Positions 18,330 through 28,345 of a stretch of 64,000 nucleotides of DNA are shown piece after piece. The translations under genes were made by a program, and so were the position numbers. The DNA lies in contig OZ242360.1 in NCBI GenBank assembly GCA_965208775.1, forward strand, positions 3,037,404 through 3,101,403, written 5' to 3'. The stretch is from Chloroflexota bacterium. Lineage in GTDB: Bacteria > Chloroflexota > UBA11872 > VXNJ01. The notes under the pieces were generated by a model. That model made no database searches, had not been told where the DNA came from, and saw nothing but the letters and a program-made list of their open reading frames with translations. The stretch's first letter is position 1. Each line of letters begins with the position of its first letter.

Positions 18330-19940
18330 CTATGGAATCTCCTGGTGATTGTCGGCGATCCAGTCGGCGGTTCTGAGGGCCAAGGCCTGGATGGTCGTGG
18401 TGGGGTTGATGGGGGCACAGGTTACGAAGACGCTGCCGTCGACGACGAACAGGTTGGGCACGTCGTGGGTCCTGCCCCATTTGTCGACCACCGACTCGGC
18501 GGGATTGTCTCCCATGCGGGCGGTGCCCATGAGATGCCAGCCCGACCTTCGGACGACCGGGTCGGCGAGCACGGTGTGCGCGCCGGCGGCTTCGAGCAGC
18601 TCACGGGCGCGGTCGACAGCGAAAGCTACGAGCTTCTCGCTATTGTCGCTCAGCGTGTATTCGATCTTGGGCGCGGGGATACCATCACTGTCGCACAACT
18701 CGGGGTCGAGAGTGACACGGTTGTGCGGTTCGGGGAGATCCTCAATCATCGCACCGATCGTGAAGTTGCGGGAGAACCGCTCCCGGAGGACCTCGTGGTG
18801 CCTGGCGCCCCAAGGGACGGGATCGCTTGTGAAACCGCCCAGGGCATGTGAAAGCGGACCCGTAGCCCGGCACATTTGCAATTGAAATCCGCGGACGAAA
18901 CCTCGCGCCGGATCCGTCTCGTAAAACTCCTGGCAGTGAATCAGCGCCCCGATCGGTCCGCGGAAGGACTGCAAGTCCTCGTCGAAGATGCCTGTGACGA
19001 ACCCATTGGGATGAAACATCAAATTCTTGCCGACGAGACCGCTCGAGTTGGCGAGGCCGTCAGGAAACAGCGACGACGTGGAGTTGAGCATCAAACGGGG
19101 TGTCCCAACTCCGTTGCACGCCAGAATGACCATGCTTGCCTGTTGCTCCTGGAGGTCGCCGTTCTCGTCGAAATAGAGCGCTCCTGATGCAAGCCCGCGG
19201 CTGTCTACCGTGACTTCCCGGACGCGGGCGTGTGTCACGAGCCGGACTCCCATATCGACAGCCTTGGGCCAGTAGGTGACGTGGGCGCTGGACATCGCTC
19301 CGGTGGGACAGCCGAGATCGCACGGACCGCAGTTATTGCACGCGGGGCGCCCGTCGAATGGCTCGGATAGGAGAGCCGAGTCTGCCGGCCACCAATGCCA
19401 TCCCAATTTTTCGAAGCCGCGGACGCAGGCCTCTCCAACAGGGCCGAGTCCGAGCGGGGGCGTAGAGCGGACGCTTCTCGGCGGATTTGCCGGATCGCCA
19501 GCGAGTCCGGTGACCCCGACCAAGGCGTCGTTGCGGTCGTAGTAGGGCTCCAACTCCCAGTAGTCGAGCGGCCAGTCGTCGGCTACGCCATCGAGCGTCT
19601 TGACTCGAAAGTCCGACGGTTTGAATCTGGGGAAATGGCCGCTCCAGTGAATGGTACTGCCTCCGACCGCGTTGAACATGAGCGGATTGATAGGAGTGTC
19701 GTCGACGTTTAGCGGGTAGTCCTCGGGCCGCATTCGCTCGTTGGGATCGAGGTTAAATTCCAGTTGCCGCTGAAGCTCCCAATCGTTGCGCCGGTGGGGA
19801 TAGTCGTCCTTATCGAGCCAGCCGCCCTGCTCCAGGCAGACAACATTCATTCCAGCCTGGGCAAGTCGCCAAGCGACCACGCTGCCTGAAGCTCCCGCGC
19901 CGATTATGAGGACGTCGGCGTGACCGTTGCTATCGCTCAA
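18330..19940 (-). CDS. GMC-family FAD-dependent oxidoreductase
   Basis: The N-terminal FAD fold is DVLIIGAGASGSVVAWRLAQAG. The C-terminal GMC signature is NLFVVDGSVFVTCAPINPTTTIQALALR. Length 536 aa. Confidence 0.8.
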   Translation of the reverse strand: MSDSNGHADVLIIGAGASGSVVAWRLAQAGMNVVCLEQGGWLDKDDYPHRRNDWELQRQLEFNLDPNERMRPEDYPLNVDDTPINPLMFNAVGGSTIHWSGHFPRFKPSDFRVKTLDGVADDWPLDYWELEPYYDRNDALVGVTGLAGDPANPPRSVRSTPPLGLGPVGEACVRGFEKLGWHWWPADSALLSEPFDGRPACNNCGPCDLGCPTGAMSSAHVTYWPKAVDMGVRLVTHARVREVTVDSRGLASGALYFDENGDLQEQQASMVILACNGVGTPRLMLNSTSSLFPDGLANSSGLVGKNLMFHPNGFVTGIFDEDLQSFRGPIGALIHCQEFYETDPARGFVRGFQLQMCRATGPLSHALGGFTSDPVPWGARHHEVLRERFSRNFTIGAMIEDLPEPHNRVTLDPELCDSDGIPAPKIEYTLSDNSEKLVAFAVDRARELLEAAGAHTVLADPVVRRSGWHLMGTARMGDNPAESVVDKWGRTHDVPNLFVVDGSVFVTCAPINPTTTIQALALRTADWIADNHQEIP

Positions 19941-20095
19941 TTTCGCCCTCCTCCGGAAGAAGCTGACCGTAGGATAGCGCGAACTGAGAGCGTGCCGCGC
20001 AATGGGATCGGGAAGCCTCTACAGGGTGGACTCTTGCCTCAACCAGACGAGATAAATTGTGCATCGTCCAATCGGAACGGAGCGGTTTTGGGTCG

Positions 20096-20677
20096 TCAAG
20101 ACCCGATGGGATTCGCCTGCCACATCCTGACCCAATCGGGAATCGCGGCCAGAAACCTGCGCAATCGTTCTCGGGTGCGCTCGTGGACCAGGCGTCCGTC
20201 CTCGTCGAATTTGCTCCAGGGGCGAGGCACGAACAACTCGGGATCGATCATGACCCGCATACTGTTGTGCAGCGCGATCTGGCGGAAATGAGCCTGGGCG
20301 CGCACCGTGCCCAACCGCCCGCCGGCACCCATGACCGCGACGGGCTTTTCGTCGAGGGGCGATCCAAGATCGGCGCCGTCGCCTAATTTCTCGCCGCGTG
20401 AGGCCCAGTCGATGGCGTTCTTGAGAACGCCGGTTATGGAGTAGTTGTACTCCGGCGCGGCGAACAGCAGCCCGTCGGCGGCCCGGATCTTGTCGCGGAA
20501 TGCCTGGACGCCGGGCGGGAACCCCCGTGCCTCGACGTCCGAGTTGAAGAGCGGGATGTCATGCAATGGGAACACTTCGAGTGTCAGGCCCTCGGGCAGG
20601 AGGTCCATCGCTTCGTTGAGCAAGGCGGTGTTGTAAGAATCGCCGCGGAGGCTTCCGGAAATCCCTAATAGACGCAA
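20096..20677 (-). CDS. NAD(P)H-dependent FMN reductase family protein
   Basis: MRLLGISGSLRGDSYNTALL... is a flavodoxin-like NADPH-dependent FMN reductase N-terminal motif. Length 193 aa. Confidence 0.7.
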   Translation of the reverse strand: MRLLGISGSLRGDSYNTALLNEAMDLLPEGLTLEVFPLHDIPLFNSDVEARGFPPGVQAFRDKIRAADGLLFAAPEYNYSITGVLKNAIDWASRGEKLGDGADLGSPLDEKPVAVMGAGGRLGTVRAQAHFRQIALHNSMRVMIDPELFVPRPWSKFDEDGRLVHERTRERLRRFLAAIPDWVRMWQANPIGS

Positions 20678-20805
20678 TTGCTAGCTCACCTTTGGAATGT
20701 GTGACGGATGTCGATGTTGGCCGTCGAGAAGGCTACGTGTCCCGGCGCCCGGAATATCGCCATCCGGCACGAGAGACTGCCCCTCCGGGAGTTCATTTGT
20801 CGATT

Positions 20806-20820
20806 GTCAAGAGACTTGAC
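20806..20820. promoter_or_regulatory. Perfect inverted repeat GTCAAG-AGA-CTTGAC between divergent FMN reductase and MarR genes; candidate MarR operator
   Basis: Seen directly in sequence at 20806..20820, inside the 184-bp divergent intergenic region. Confidence 0.35.
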
Positions 20821-20909
20821 TTTGTGCCATATTATCGTCCGACCATGAACGCCGAGGGACATTGGAAAAGCTTAATCTAGGACGTCTCTTCTTGAACGGC
20901 TTCAGATGG

Positions 20910-21305
20910 ATGGATGCCAGCTTCGTGGAGCTGCTGACGGAGCGGGGCTGGCGCGAGGTCCCAAAGTCGCATTCTCTCGTCTTTCCGCATTTGCTCGAAG
21001 GCGGCACCCGACCTGCGGAGATTGCCCGGCGGGCCGGAGTTTCGCGGCAAGCGATTCATCAGGTCCTGCGCGATTTGCGCGGAAAGGGACTTGTCGAAAT
21101 CAAGCCGGACCCGACGCATCGCCGGGCCAAGCTGGTGTTTCTGACCGCCCTGGGGAGAAGTTTCGACGAGGCGGTGGAAGAGGCGGCAAGCCGGATGGAA
21201 GGAGAGCTGGCGGAGCGTATTGGCGCGACTACAGTCAGCTCGCTGCGGACGGCACTTGAGTCTGAATGGGGCCCTCCGATGAAACGCGGCGGCGACTCGA
21301 GCTAG
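20910..21305 (+). CDS. MarR-family transcriptional regulator
   Basis: A winged-helix region (RPAEIARRAGVSRQAIHQVLRDLRGKGLVE) and its ~130-150-aa size fit the family. ATG at 20910 is preferred over the TTG at 20862. Confidence 0.7.
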   Translation: MDASFVELLTERGWREVPKSHSLVFPHLLEGGTRPAEIARRAGVSRQAIHQVLRDLRGKGLVEIKPDPTHRRAKLVFLTALGRSFDEAVEEAASRMEGELAERIGATTVSSLRTALESEWGPPMKRGGDSS

Positions 21306-21442
21306 TCGGTGTCCCATTTGGCCAAGAGCGAGGTTGCGGGCGCTAGACCGTCGTGGATGGCGAAACGCGCTCGCGATCCTGTCATAAGCTATAGGCGGTT
21401 CGAGTGGGAGCGGAGCGCGCGAGTCCAACGGGAAATTGAGAC

Positions 21443-22741
21443 TTGGCCGACCGGCGAACGATCAGGGGAGATGAAGTGAACTCGAAAGGCAACAACGTGG
21501 GCTGGCCGCTAATGACGCCCATGCGTCAAGAATTCGACGTAACTACGGTGCCGGATCTGGAATCGGAACTTTCGATGCAGATCCGCGCGCGGCTTGCGAA
21601 ATCGAAAATCGTCGACGGCGGATCGGTTGCCGTTGGCGTAGGAAGCCGAGGCGTTTCGCCGATTCGCCGGGTGGTTTCGACGATTGTTTCGGAACTGAAA
21701 CTCGCCGGGCTGAAGCCCTTCATCGTCCCGGCGATGGGCAGCCATGGGGGCAGCACCGCCGCCGGGCAGCAGGACGTTCTTAAGCAGTACGGCATTTCGG
21801 AGGAGACTGTCGGTTGCGAGGTCCGCGCGACCATGGAGACCGATATCCTCGGTCGAACTCCGCAAGGCGTGACGATCCACGGCGACGCCAACGCGTATTC
21901 GGCAGACCATGTTGTGATCGTCGCTCGGGTGAAGCCGCACACCGACTTCAAGGCGGACATCGAGAGTGGTCTATGCAAGATGCTGTCGATAGGTCTCGGC
22001 AAGCGAAACGGTGCTGAGACTATTCACGCCGCCGGGCTCGCCGAGACGATTCCCGAAGCGGCGACGATAGCGATCGGCACCGGAAAAATCCTTTTTGGCG
22101 TGGCGCTTGTCGAAAACGCCCTAGACCTTCCAGCGGTCGTACGAGTTTCGGCGGACCATGAGTTTCAGAGCACTGATCGCGAGCTGCTCGTTTTTGCGAA
22201 GCGAATTCTCCCGAGGCTGCCGGCTGACTCGCTCGATTTTCTCGTCGTCGACGAAATGGGCAAGAACATCTCGGGAGCAGGGATGGACACCAATATTGTC
22301 GGGACGTGGCGGCTGCACGCCAGCAGCGTGCGCCAGCCCGACTATCGGTACCTGGCGGCGTTGCGTCTTACCCATGAGAGTAACGGCAACGCGTCGGGAA
22401 TCGGCATGGCGGACTTCACCACCCGGGCGCTTGTCGACGCCATCGATTTCGAAGCTTCAAACATCAACGCGATCACGTCGCTGGTTACGACTTCGGTCCG
22501 CGTTCCGATAACCTTCGAGACAGACGAGATATGTCTTGAAACGGGAGTTTCGGTGGCGAACCGGCTTTCGCCGTCGGGCCCACGCATCGGTCGGATAAAG
22601 AACACGATGGAGCTGGAGACGTTTTGGGTGACCGAGCCTGTTGCGGTCGAGTTGGAGCAGGCGGGGCGCGCCAAGCGGGACGGAGAGCCGCAGCCCTTCG
22701 AGTTCAATGCTGAAGGTCATCTGACGGACCTGTCGAGCTGA
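21443..22741 (+). CDS. LarA-like (lactate racemase N-terminal domain/DUF2088) protein, putative
   Basis: ~430 aa. The segment VAVGVGSRGV...PAMGSHGG resembles the LarA-family core where LarA has SDHTRP...ATGTHR. This is a weak call and the start is uncertain (possibly 21512). Confidence 0.35.
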   Translation: MADRRTIRGDEVNSKGNNVGWPLMTPMRQEFDVTTVPDLESELSMQIRARLAKSKIVDGGSVAVGVGSRGVSPIRRVVSTIVSELKLAGLKPFIVPAMGSHGGSTAAGQQDVLKQYGISEETVGCEVRATMETDILGRTPQGVTIHGDANAYSADHVVIVARVKPHTDFKADIESGLCKMLSIGLGKRNGAETIHAAGLAETIPEAATIAIGTGKILFGVALVENALDLPAVVRVSADHEFQSTDRELLVFAKRILPRLPADSLDFLVVDEMGKNISGAGMDTNIVGTWRLHASSVRQPDYRYLAALRLTHESNGNASGIGMADFTTRALVDAIDFEASNINAITSLVTTSVRVPITFETDEICLETGVSVANRLSPSGPRIGRIKNTMELETFWVTEPVAVELEQAGRAKRDGEPQPFEFNAEGHLTDLSS

Positions 22742-23080
22742 TTTCACTTCGACAATCCGAAGTCGGCGCCGGTGATTCTCCGGCGCGCGGCAACGTATTT
22801 CTTGCTCGCCGGACCCCGAAAAAATCGAAGTCTCGGATTGTGATATGTTTCACAAAACGGTATGAATAGGCAGCGAAATCTTGAGGTGAATCCAAGGTTG
22901 CCAGCGCAGACGGTAAAGACGGGTTCGAGCGGCCTATTCATAGCGCAGTTGGGGCGTTGCATTGGCGGCCCGCGCGAATTTTCGACGGAGGCGTTTCTGC
23001 CTGCTTTGTGAGTGTGTAAACTTCCTCGGACGCCGAATCGCTAGACGTACTGTTATGCGAATCGAGGGATAGCGAGCGCC

Positions 23081-23377
23081 GTGGTTTTAGAGAGACTGAC
23101 CGAATCGGATTGGGTCGCGATCTCTTGGCTTATTGGACACTTGTGGGTGCTTGTGGTCATAGCGCTGGGTACGGCGGCGTGTTACGCACTTGCCCACGGA
23201 ATCATCCCGTCTCTCGTCTATACCGGAGACATCGCGCCGAATGCCGCACGCCGCATGCGGATGCCCTTGTACGGCGCAATGACCGTGGGGCTGATCCTGA
23301 TGGCTGTTGTCGTGGGCAGCGCCACGGTTCTCGCGCTCGACTTGCTGCCGGACTTGTATCCCCGGCTTGCGATCTAG
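23081..23377 (+). CDS. Small (98 aa) 2-3 TM membrane protein immediately upstream of actA
   Basis: Hydrophobic helices (WLIGHLWVLVVIALGTAACYALA; AMTVGLILMAVVVGSATVLAL). Its stop is 3 nt before the actA start, so the two are tightly coupled. Confidence 0.45.
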   Translation: MVLERLTESDWVAISWLIGHLWVLVVIALGTAACYALAHGIIPSLVYTGDIAPNAARRMRMPLYGAMTVGLILMAVVVGSATVLALDLLPDLYPRLAI

Positions 23378-23380
23378 TTG

Positions 23381-23941
23381 ATGGAGTCGATTCGGGCGCT
23401 ATTACCCCGATTAACATTTCGACAGTTGGCCGTATTGGGCGGAATTGGGGTTGTGCTGGGCGCCGGGGGAATTGCAACGGCGGCGGTGCTGATTTTCCTA
23501 GGAGCGAGGGGCGGAACGCTTCGACCCGCGCCGGAGCAGCCGATCGCGTTCGACCACGCGCGTCACGCCGGCGAGCTGGGAATACCGTGCGAGTTCTGTC
23601 ACCGCGGCGTAGAGACTCAAGCCGCCGCGACGATCCCATCGCTGGAACAGTGTATGTTCTGCCACGCCGTCGTCGGCAAGGAGAATCCCGAAGTCCAGCT
23701 TCTGGCGGCACACTGGGAGGAAGGGCGAGCGGTGGACTGGGTAAGGGTGCATCGCCTGCCCGACCACGTGCGATTCGTTCACGAGGCGCATATCCTCGCC
23801 GGGCTAGAGTGTTCGACTTGTCATGGCGAGGTGCCGACGATGAAAGTGGTCAAGCAAGTCGAGAATCTGAACATGGGCATGTGCATGGCGTGCCACCGGG
23901 AGATGAGCGCCTCATTGGATTGTGCAACTTGTCACAAGTGA
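23381..23941 (+). CDS. actA: Alternative Complex III subunit ActA, pentaheme cytochrome c with N-terminal membrane anchor
   Basis: Five CxxCH motifs: CEFCH, CMFCH, CSTCH, CMACH and CATCH. There is one N-terminal TM helix. It is the first gene of the act operon. Confidence 0.8.
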   Translation: MESIRALLPRLTFRQLAVLGGIGVVLGAGGIATAAVLIFLGARGGTLRPAPEQPIAFDHARHAGELGIPCEFCHRGVETQAAATIPSLEQCMFCHAVVGKENPEVQLLAAHWEEGRAVDWVRVHRLPDHVRFVHEAHILAGLECSTCHGEVPTMKVVKQVENLNMGMCMACHREMSASLDCATCHK

Positions 23942-23953
23942 GCGAGAGAACCG

Positions 23954-26161
23954 TTGCCGCGGCTTGATCGGCGTCACTTCATAATTGGCGTAGTCGGCGC
24001 CGTCGGCGGCGGTCTTGTGGTCGGCTGCGCGAAGCCGGACCGTAAGTCACGCGTACAGAGCTTTGTCCTAGCTCCCGAGCAGTCGCTGCAGGGGCAGAAC
24101 GTGTGGTTCGCCACAGCGTCGGCGCACGTGAATTGGGGTGAAAGCGTGGTGGTCCGGACGGTGGACGGCCGCGCTAAGAAAGTGGAAGGCAACCCCGAGT
24201 TTCCGATAAACCAGGGCAAGACGCACGTCAGATCGCAGGCGGGCGTGCAGTCGCTATATCACCCTGATCGCCTCAAGTGGCCGATGCGCCGCCGCGGCCG
24301 GGGTTCCGACGACTTCGAGCAAATTGGATGGCTCAGCGCACTGGACATCCTGGCGGAGAACTTCGGCCCTCCCAGAGACTCGGTTCTGATCACCGGGCGA
24401 ATAGGCGGCACAACGGCCCGCATCGCGTCTTGGCTGATGAATTCGCTCGGCGGCCGTCATCTTGTATATGAGCCGCTCGAAACCACCGCACTCAGAGAGT
24501 CGTTACGGAAAGTGTTTGGCGTTGAGCAGACGCCGCACTTTGATATTGGAAACGCCCATTACGTGTTGTCGTTTGGGGCGGACTTCCTCGGCAGTTGGGT
24601 CTCGCCGGTTCAATACAGCCTTGCCTACAGTCAATTCCGCCAAGGCGAGGGCAGGGAGCGCGGGCTCTTGACGCAGATCGAGCCAAGGATGTCGATGACC
24701 GGGTCCAACGCCGACCACTGGGTCTATGTGAATCCGGGCCACGAAGGCGCGGTGGCGCTCAGCATCGCCCATGTGATAGTCAGCGAGGGGCTTGTCGGCG
24801 AGGACGTTTGGGGCGCTGCGCTGGAGGCGGTCGGAGGCCGTGACGCGCTTGCCGGATATGCTCCCGAGACCGTGGCCAGCGCGTCCGGCGTTTCGGCGGA
24901 GACTATAAAGACCATCGCGCACGAATTCGCATCGCATCAGCCCGGAATAGCCATCGCGGGCGGCCCCGCGCTTGCTCACACGAATGGCTCGGATGCCGGC
25001 GCCGCCGTTCTGCTGCTAAACCGGATCGTAGGCAGTGCGGGCAAAGCCGGCGGCGTGTTGCCGAACCCGGCTCCGCCGAGAGCCGTGCCGTTGCCATTGG
25101 GTCCGACTCCGTACAGCGAATTCGCGGCCCTTGCCGGAGCGGCGTCTTCGCAGTCGATATTTGTTTACGACGCAGATCCAGCCTACGGTTTGCCCGAAGC
25201 GGCCGGTTTCAAGAGGACGCTGACGGAGGCGGGTTTCGTAGTGAGCATGTCTACGTTCATGAACGAGACGTCCAGCTATGCTGATTTGATTCTGCCGGCC
25301 ACTCACCCCTTCGAGGAGTGGGGCGACTTCGCGGTCGACGCCGCGAACGGCCGGCAGGTCATCGGATATCAGCAACCGGTGGTCACGCCGCAGACGGATG
25401 GCCGCAGCTTCGGAGACGTATTACTGGCAATCACTCCCGAGCTGACGGATGACGTGCTGGTGTCATCAGAGACCATGCATGAAGCGGTGCGGTTGACCGC
25501 GATCAATCTGTTCGGCGACCTTGATCCGACGATCTCCCCGGACGAGAACTGGATCGAGCTGCTGCGGCGGGGCGGATACTGGGAAGGCGGTGCGCAGCCG
25601 GGCCAGTTTGCAAGCTCGCCCGATTGGTCGATCGACTCATTGCAAGAGCCGTCGTTTTCCGGCGACGCCGCGCAGTTTCCGTTCCAGCTCGTTCCGTTCG
25701 AGACGGTTTCGGTCGGCGCGGGCGCGGAGGCGGTCAATCCTTGGCTTCAAGCGGCGCCCGATCCGTTGACTACAGTGACATGGACTACCTGGGTGGAGAT
25801 TAATCCGCACACCGCTGAAAGACTTGGCCTGAAACGAGGCGACTTGGTTGACGTGATAGCGCCGACTGGTGAGAAGATTCGAGCGGGAATATATGATTCG
25901 CCGGTCGTGCCACCTGACGTGATTGGTGTTCCGGTGGGCGGCGGCCGCGAACAGGGCGGCAGGTGGGATGTTGGCCAAGGGGCCAACGTTTTGTCGATCC
26001 TGAGTCCTCAGGTCGATTCGGCCACCGGCGCGTTGGCTTGGGCGGCGACGAGAGCGAGGCTGCAGAAAGTCGGCAAGAACCGGGAGCTTCCGACATTCGA
26101 ATTCTTTGACGATCCACGCAACGACGAGAAAGGTGCGCCCGTGAAGGTGACTAGTGAATAG
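23954..26161 (+). CDS. actB: ACIII subunit ActB, molybdopterin-oxidoreductase-like domain (B1)
   Basis: A TAT-like N-terminus (RRHFIIGVVGAVGGG). 735 aa. It is followed with an 8-nt overlap by the Fe-S domain ORF. Confidence 0.75.
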   Translation: MPRLDRRHFIIGVVGAVGGGLVVGCAKPDRKSRVQSFVLAPEQSLQGQNVWFATASAHVNWGESVVVRTVDGRAKKVEGNPEFPINQGKTHVRSQAGVQSLYHPDRLKWPMRRRGRGSDDFEQIGWLSALDILAENFGPPRDSVLITGRIGGTTARIASWLMNSLGGRHLVYEPLETTALRESLRKVFGVEQTPHFDIGNAHYVLSFGADFLGSWVSPVQYSLAYSQFRQGEGRERGLLTQIEPRMSMTGSNADHWVYVNPGHEGAVALSIAHVIVSEGLVGEDVWGAALEAVGGRDALAGYAPETVASASGVSAETIKTIAHEFASHQPGIAIAGGPALAHTNGSDAGAAVLLLNRIVGSAGKAGGVLPNPAPPRAVPLPLGPTPYSEFAALAGAASSQSIFVYDADPAYGLPEAAGFKRTLTEAGFVVSMSTFMNETSSYADLILPATHPFEEWGDFAVDAANGRQVIGYQQPVVTPQTDGRSFGDVLLAITPELTDDVLVSSETMHEAVRLTAINLFGDLDPTISPDENWIELLRRGGYWEGGAQPGQFASSPDWSIDSLQEPSFSGDAAQFPFQLVPFETVSVGAGAEAVNPWLQAAPDPLTTVTWTTWVEINPHTAERLGLKRGDLVDVIAPTGEKIRAGIYDSPVVPPDVIGVPVGGGREQGGRWDVGQGANVLSILSPQVDSATGALAWAATRARLQKVGKNRELPTFEFFDDPRNDEKGAPVKVTSE

Positions 26162-26960
26162 CCAGCACGAAATGGCGGCGCGCGCCGCTCAGAAGTTCGG
26201 CGCGGCAACTATCCCCAGCGACGATCCCGATCTCGATCAGGAGGGGCGCCGGTGGGGGATGGTGGTCGACGCCGATCTCTGCACGGGATGTCAGGCGTGC
26301 GTGGTCGCGTGCCAATCGGAGAACAACCTGGCCCTGAACGAAGAGCAGCGAGTCCTCGAGGGCCGCGCCAAGGCCTGGATTCGAATTGAGCGATACTGGG
26401 AGGGCGAGTTCCCGAACGCCAAGGCGCGTTATCTGCCGGTGATGTGTCAGCACTGCGGAAACGCGCCGTGCGAACCTGTCTGCCCGGTTTGGGCGACGTA
26501 TCGAAATCCTGAAGGTCTCAACGTGCAGGTCTACAACCGTTGCATCGGGACCCGGTTCTGCGCGAACGGCTGTCCATATTCGGTCCGGTATTTCAACTGG
26601 TGGAACCCGGAATGGCCGGAGCCGATGAACGACATGCTCAATCCGGACGTCACGGTTCGGACCAAGGGAATAATCGAGAAATGCACGTTCTGCGTGCAGC
26701 GCATTCAGCGTGCCAAGCGCGACGCTGTTCAGCAGGGCGTGGAGCTGGCCGACGGCGACGTTTCGCCGGCGTGCGTCCAGTCGTGTCCGACGAACGCACT
26801 GGTATTCGGCGACCTGAACGATGAAAACAGCAAGGTCTCGCAACTGGCCGAGTCGGAGCGCAGCTACACGCTGTTGGAGAACTTCGGCACGGACCCATCG
26901 GTCGTATACCTGAGCAAGGTTGATCCGTTCGCCGAGCCGCACGAGGAGGAGGGGCATTGA
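26154..26960 (+). CDS. actB: ACIII subunit ActB, 4Fe-4S ferredoxin-like domain (B2), a separate ORF here
   Basis: Multiple Cys clusters: CTGCQACVVAC, CQHCGNAPCEPVC, CIGTRFCANGCP and CTFCVQRIQ. The start may be ATG at 26172. Confidence 0.75.
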   Translation: MNSQHEMAARAAQKFGAATIPSDDPDLDQEGRRWGMVVDADLCTGCQACVVACQSENNLALNEEQRVLEGRAKAWIRIERYWEGEFPNAKARYLPVMCQHCGNAPCEPVCPVWATYRNPEGLNVQVYNRCIGTRFCANGCPYSVRYFNWWNPEWPEPMNDMLNPDVTVRTKGIIEKCTFCVQRIQRAKRDAVQQGVELADGDVSPACVQSCPTNALVFGDLNDENSKVSQLAESERSYTLLENFGTDPSVVYLSKVDPFAEPHEEEGH

Positions 26961-28309
26961 TCAAGCCTGAAGAGGCTGCCCTTCAAATCAAGCAGCGTCC
27001 GGCGTTCATGCCTGCCGTGATTCGCCCGAATCTGAGGCATGCGGCGATTGCGGCGCTGGCGGTCCTAGCGGCGGCGGGGATCGTGGCTTACATCATCAAG
27101 CTCGGTTCGTGGGGGGAGGCGGGCCGCGCGAAGTGGGCTTACCCGACGGTGGCGCTGATGTACATTCTTTCGACGGCAGCGGGGGCGCCGCTGGTCGCGT
27201 ACGCGAGCCGGGCGGCGCGTGGGTACTGGGCGCTTCCGGCACGGCGGGTCGCTGAACTTTACATAATTCCCGCGACGATCAGCTACATACTGCTGATTCC
27301 GATACTCGCGACGTTGCCTCCTCTCGAAGGGCGCTCAAACCTGTGGTTCAACTTCCACGCCGGCGCGCCGTTTCTGACCGACGCACTGGCGGCGGCGATC
27401 ATGGTGTTGGCTGGAGTGGGGATGCTCTGGATTTCGACGGTGCCCGATCTCGCGGTCGCCTGGCGGGCGAATGGGGAGCTTTCCTCCTGGCGGCGAGCGC
27501 TGGTGTTCAACTGGACGGGCACGACCCGACAGTGGATCGCGGCGAGAATCGGGACCAAGGTGTTCGGCGCGTTCTATCTGATGGCGTACATTTACACTCA
27601 CCTGGTGCTGAGCACCGACCTGGGGCAGGCTCTCGTGCCCGGCTGGCGTTCCGGGATATTCCCCGCATATCACGCGCTGACCGGAATTCAAGGCGGTCTG
27701 GCGCTGACCATCGTTACGCTCTTTCTGCTGAAGCGATACTCGAGCGTCGGGCGGTTCATCGGCAACGAGCAGGCGATCAATCTCGGCAAGCTGTTGCTGG
27801 CGACCACGCTTCTGTGGTTCTACTTCTTCTGGTCGGACTTCGTACTCGTCTGGTACGCGCGTATTCCGTCCGAGGTTGCGGCTATGCAACTGACGATAGC
27901 GATAACCTATCGGCTTCCGTTCATACTCGGATTCCTGGGGCTGTTCCTGATTCCGTTCGTGTGCCTGATCTTCAACCCGGTCAGGCGGAACCTCTGGTCG
28001 CTCGCCGCGGTCGGCGGCGTAACGCTGGTAGGGCTTATCTTCGACAGGATCCGGTTGTTTGTCCCGGCAATGAGTCATCCCGACCCGTTCCATCACTCCC
28101 TCGGCACCAACCTTCCGGACGCATTTGGACCGAGCGCGCTGGACATCGTTTTCTTGATCGGCTGGATAGCCATCATGGCCCTGGCTTTCATATGGGCCGC
28201 CAGCCGGATTCCGGTGCTGGGCGGATGGGAGCTGCGCCACGGAGCGATGCTTCGCAGGGAACAGCAGTTTATGAAGGGGCACGTGTACGTGCTCGGAAAG
28301 CCCGATTAG
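26957..28309 (+). CDS. actC: ACIII NrfD/PsrC-like polytopic membrane subunit (ActC-like)
   Basis: 450 aa, ~10 predicted TM helices. A TTG start overlaps the upstream TGA (TTGA). Confidence 0.7.
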   Translation: MIKPEEAALQIKQRPAFMPAVIRPNLRHAAIAALAVLAAAGIVAYIIKLGSWGEAGRAKWAYPTVALMYILSTAAGAPLVAYASRAARGYWALPARRVAELYIIPATISYILLIPILATLPPLEGRSNLWFNFHAGAPFLTDALAAAIMVLAGVGMLWISTVPDLAVAWRANGELSSWRRALVFNWTGTTRQWIAARIGTKVFGAFYLMAYIYTHLVLSTDLGQALVPGWRSGIFPAYHALTGIQGGLALTIVTLFLLKRYSSVGRFIGNEQAINLGKLLLATTLLWFYFFWSDFVLVWYARIPSEVAAMQLTIAITYRLPFILGFLGLFLIPFVCLIFNPVRRNLWSLAAVGGVTLVGLIFDRIRLFVPAMSHPDPFHHSLGTNLPDAFGPSALDIVFLIGWIAIMALAFIWAASRIPVLGGWELRHGAMLRREQQFMKGHVYVLGKPD

Positions 28310-28345
28310 AACATGGCGATAACAAGCCGGCGGATGGACTGAAGC

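Noticed and set aside
20877-21428. 183-aa minus-strand ORF covering the MarR gene
   Set aside because: It lies antisense to a well-supported MarR with a winged-helix motif and has a low-complexity Arg/Ala-rich translation.
26150-26175. Calling the ActB1/ActB2 junction a definite frameshifted pseudogene
   Set aside because: Overlapping stop/start junctions of this kind are common for genuinely split subunits. Without read data or alignment it is safer to annotate two ORFs and flag the junction.
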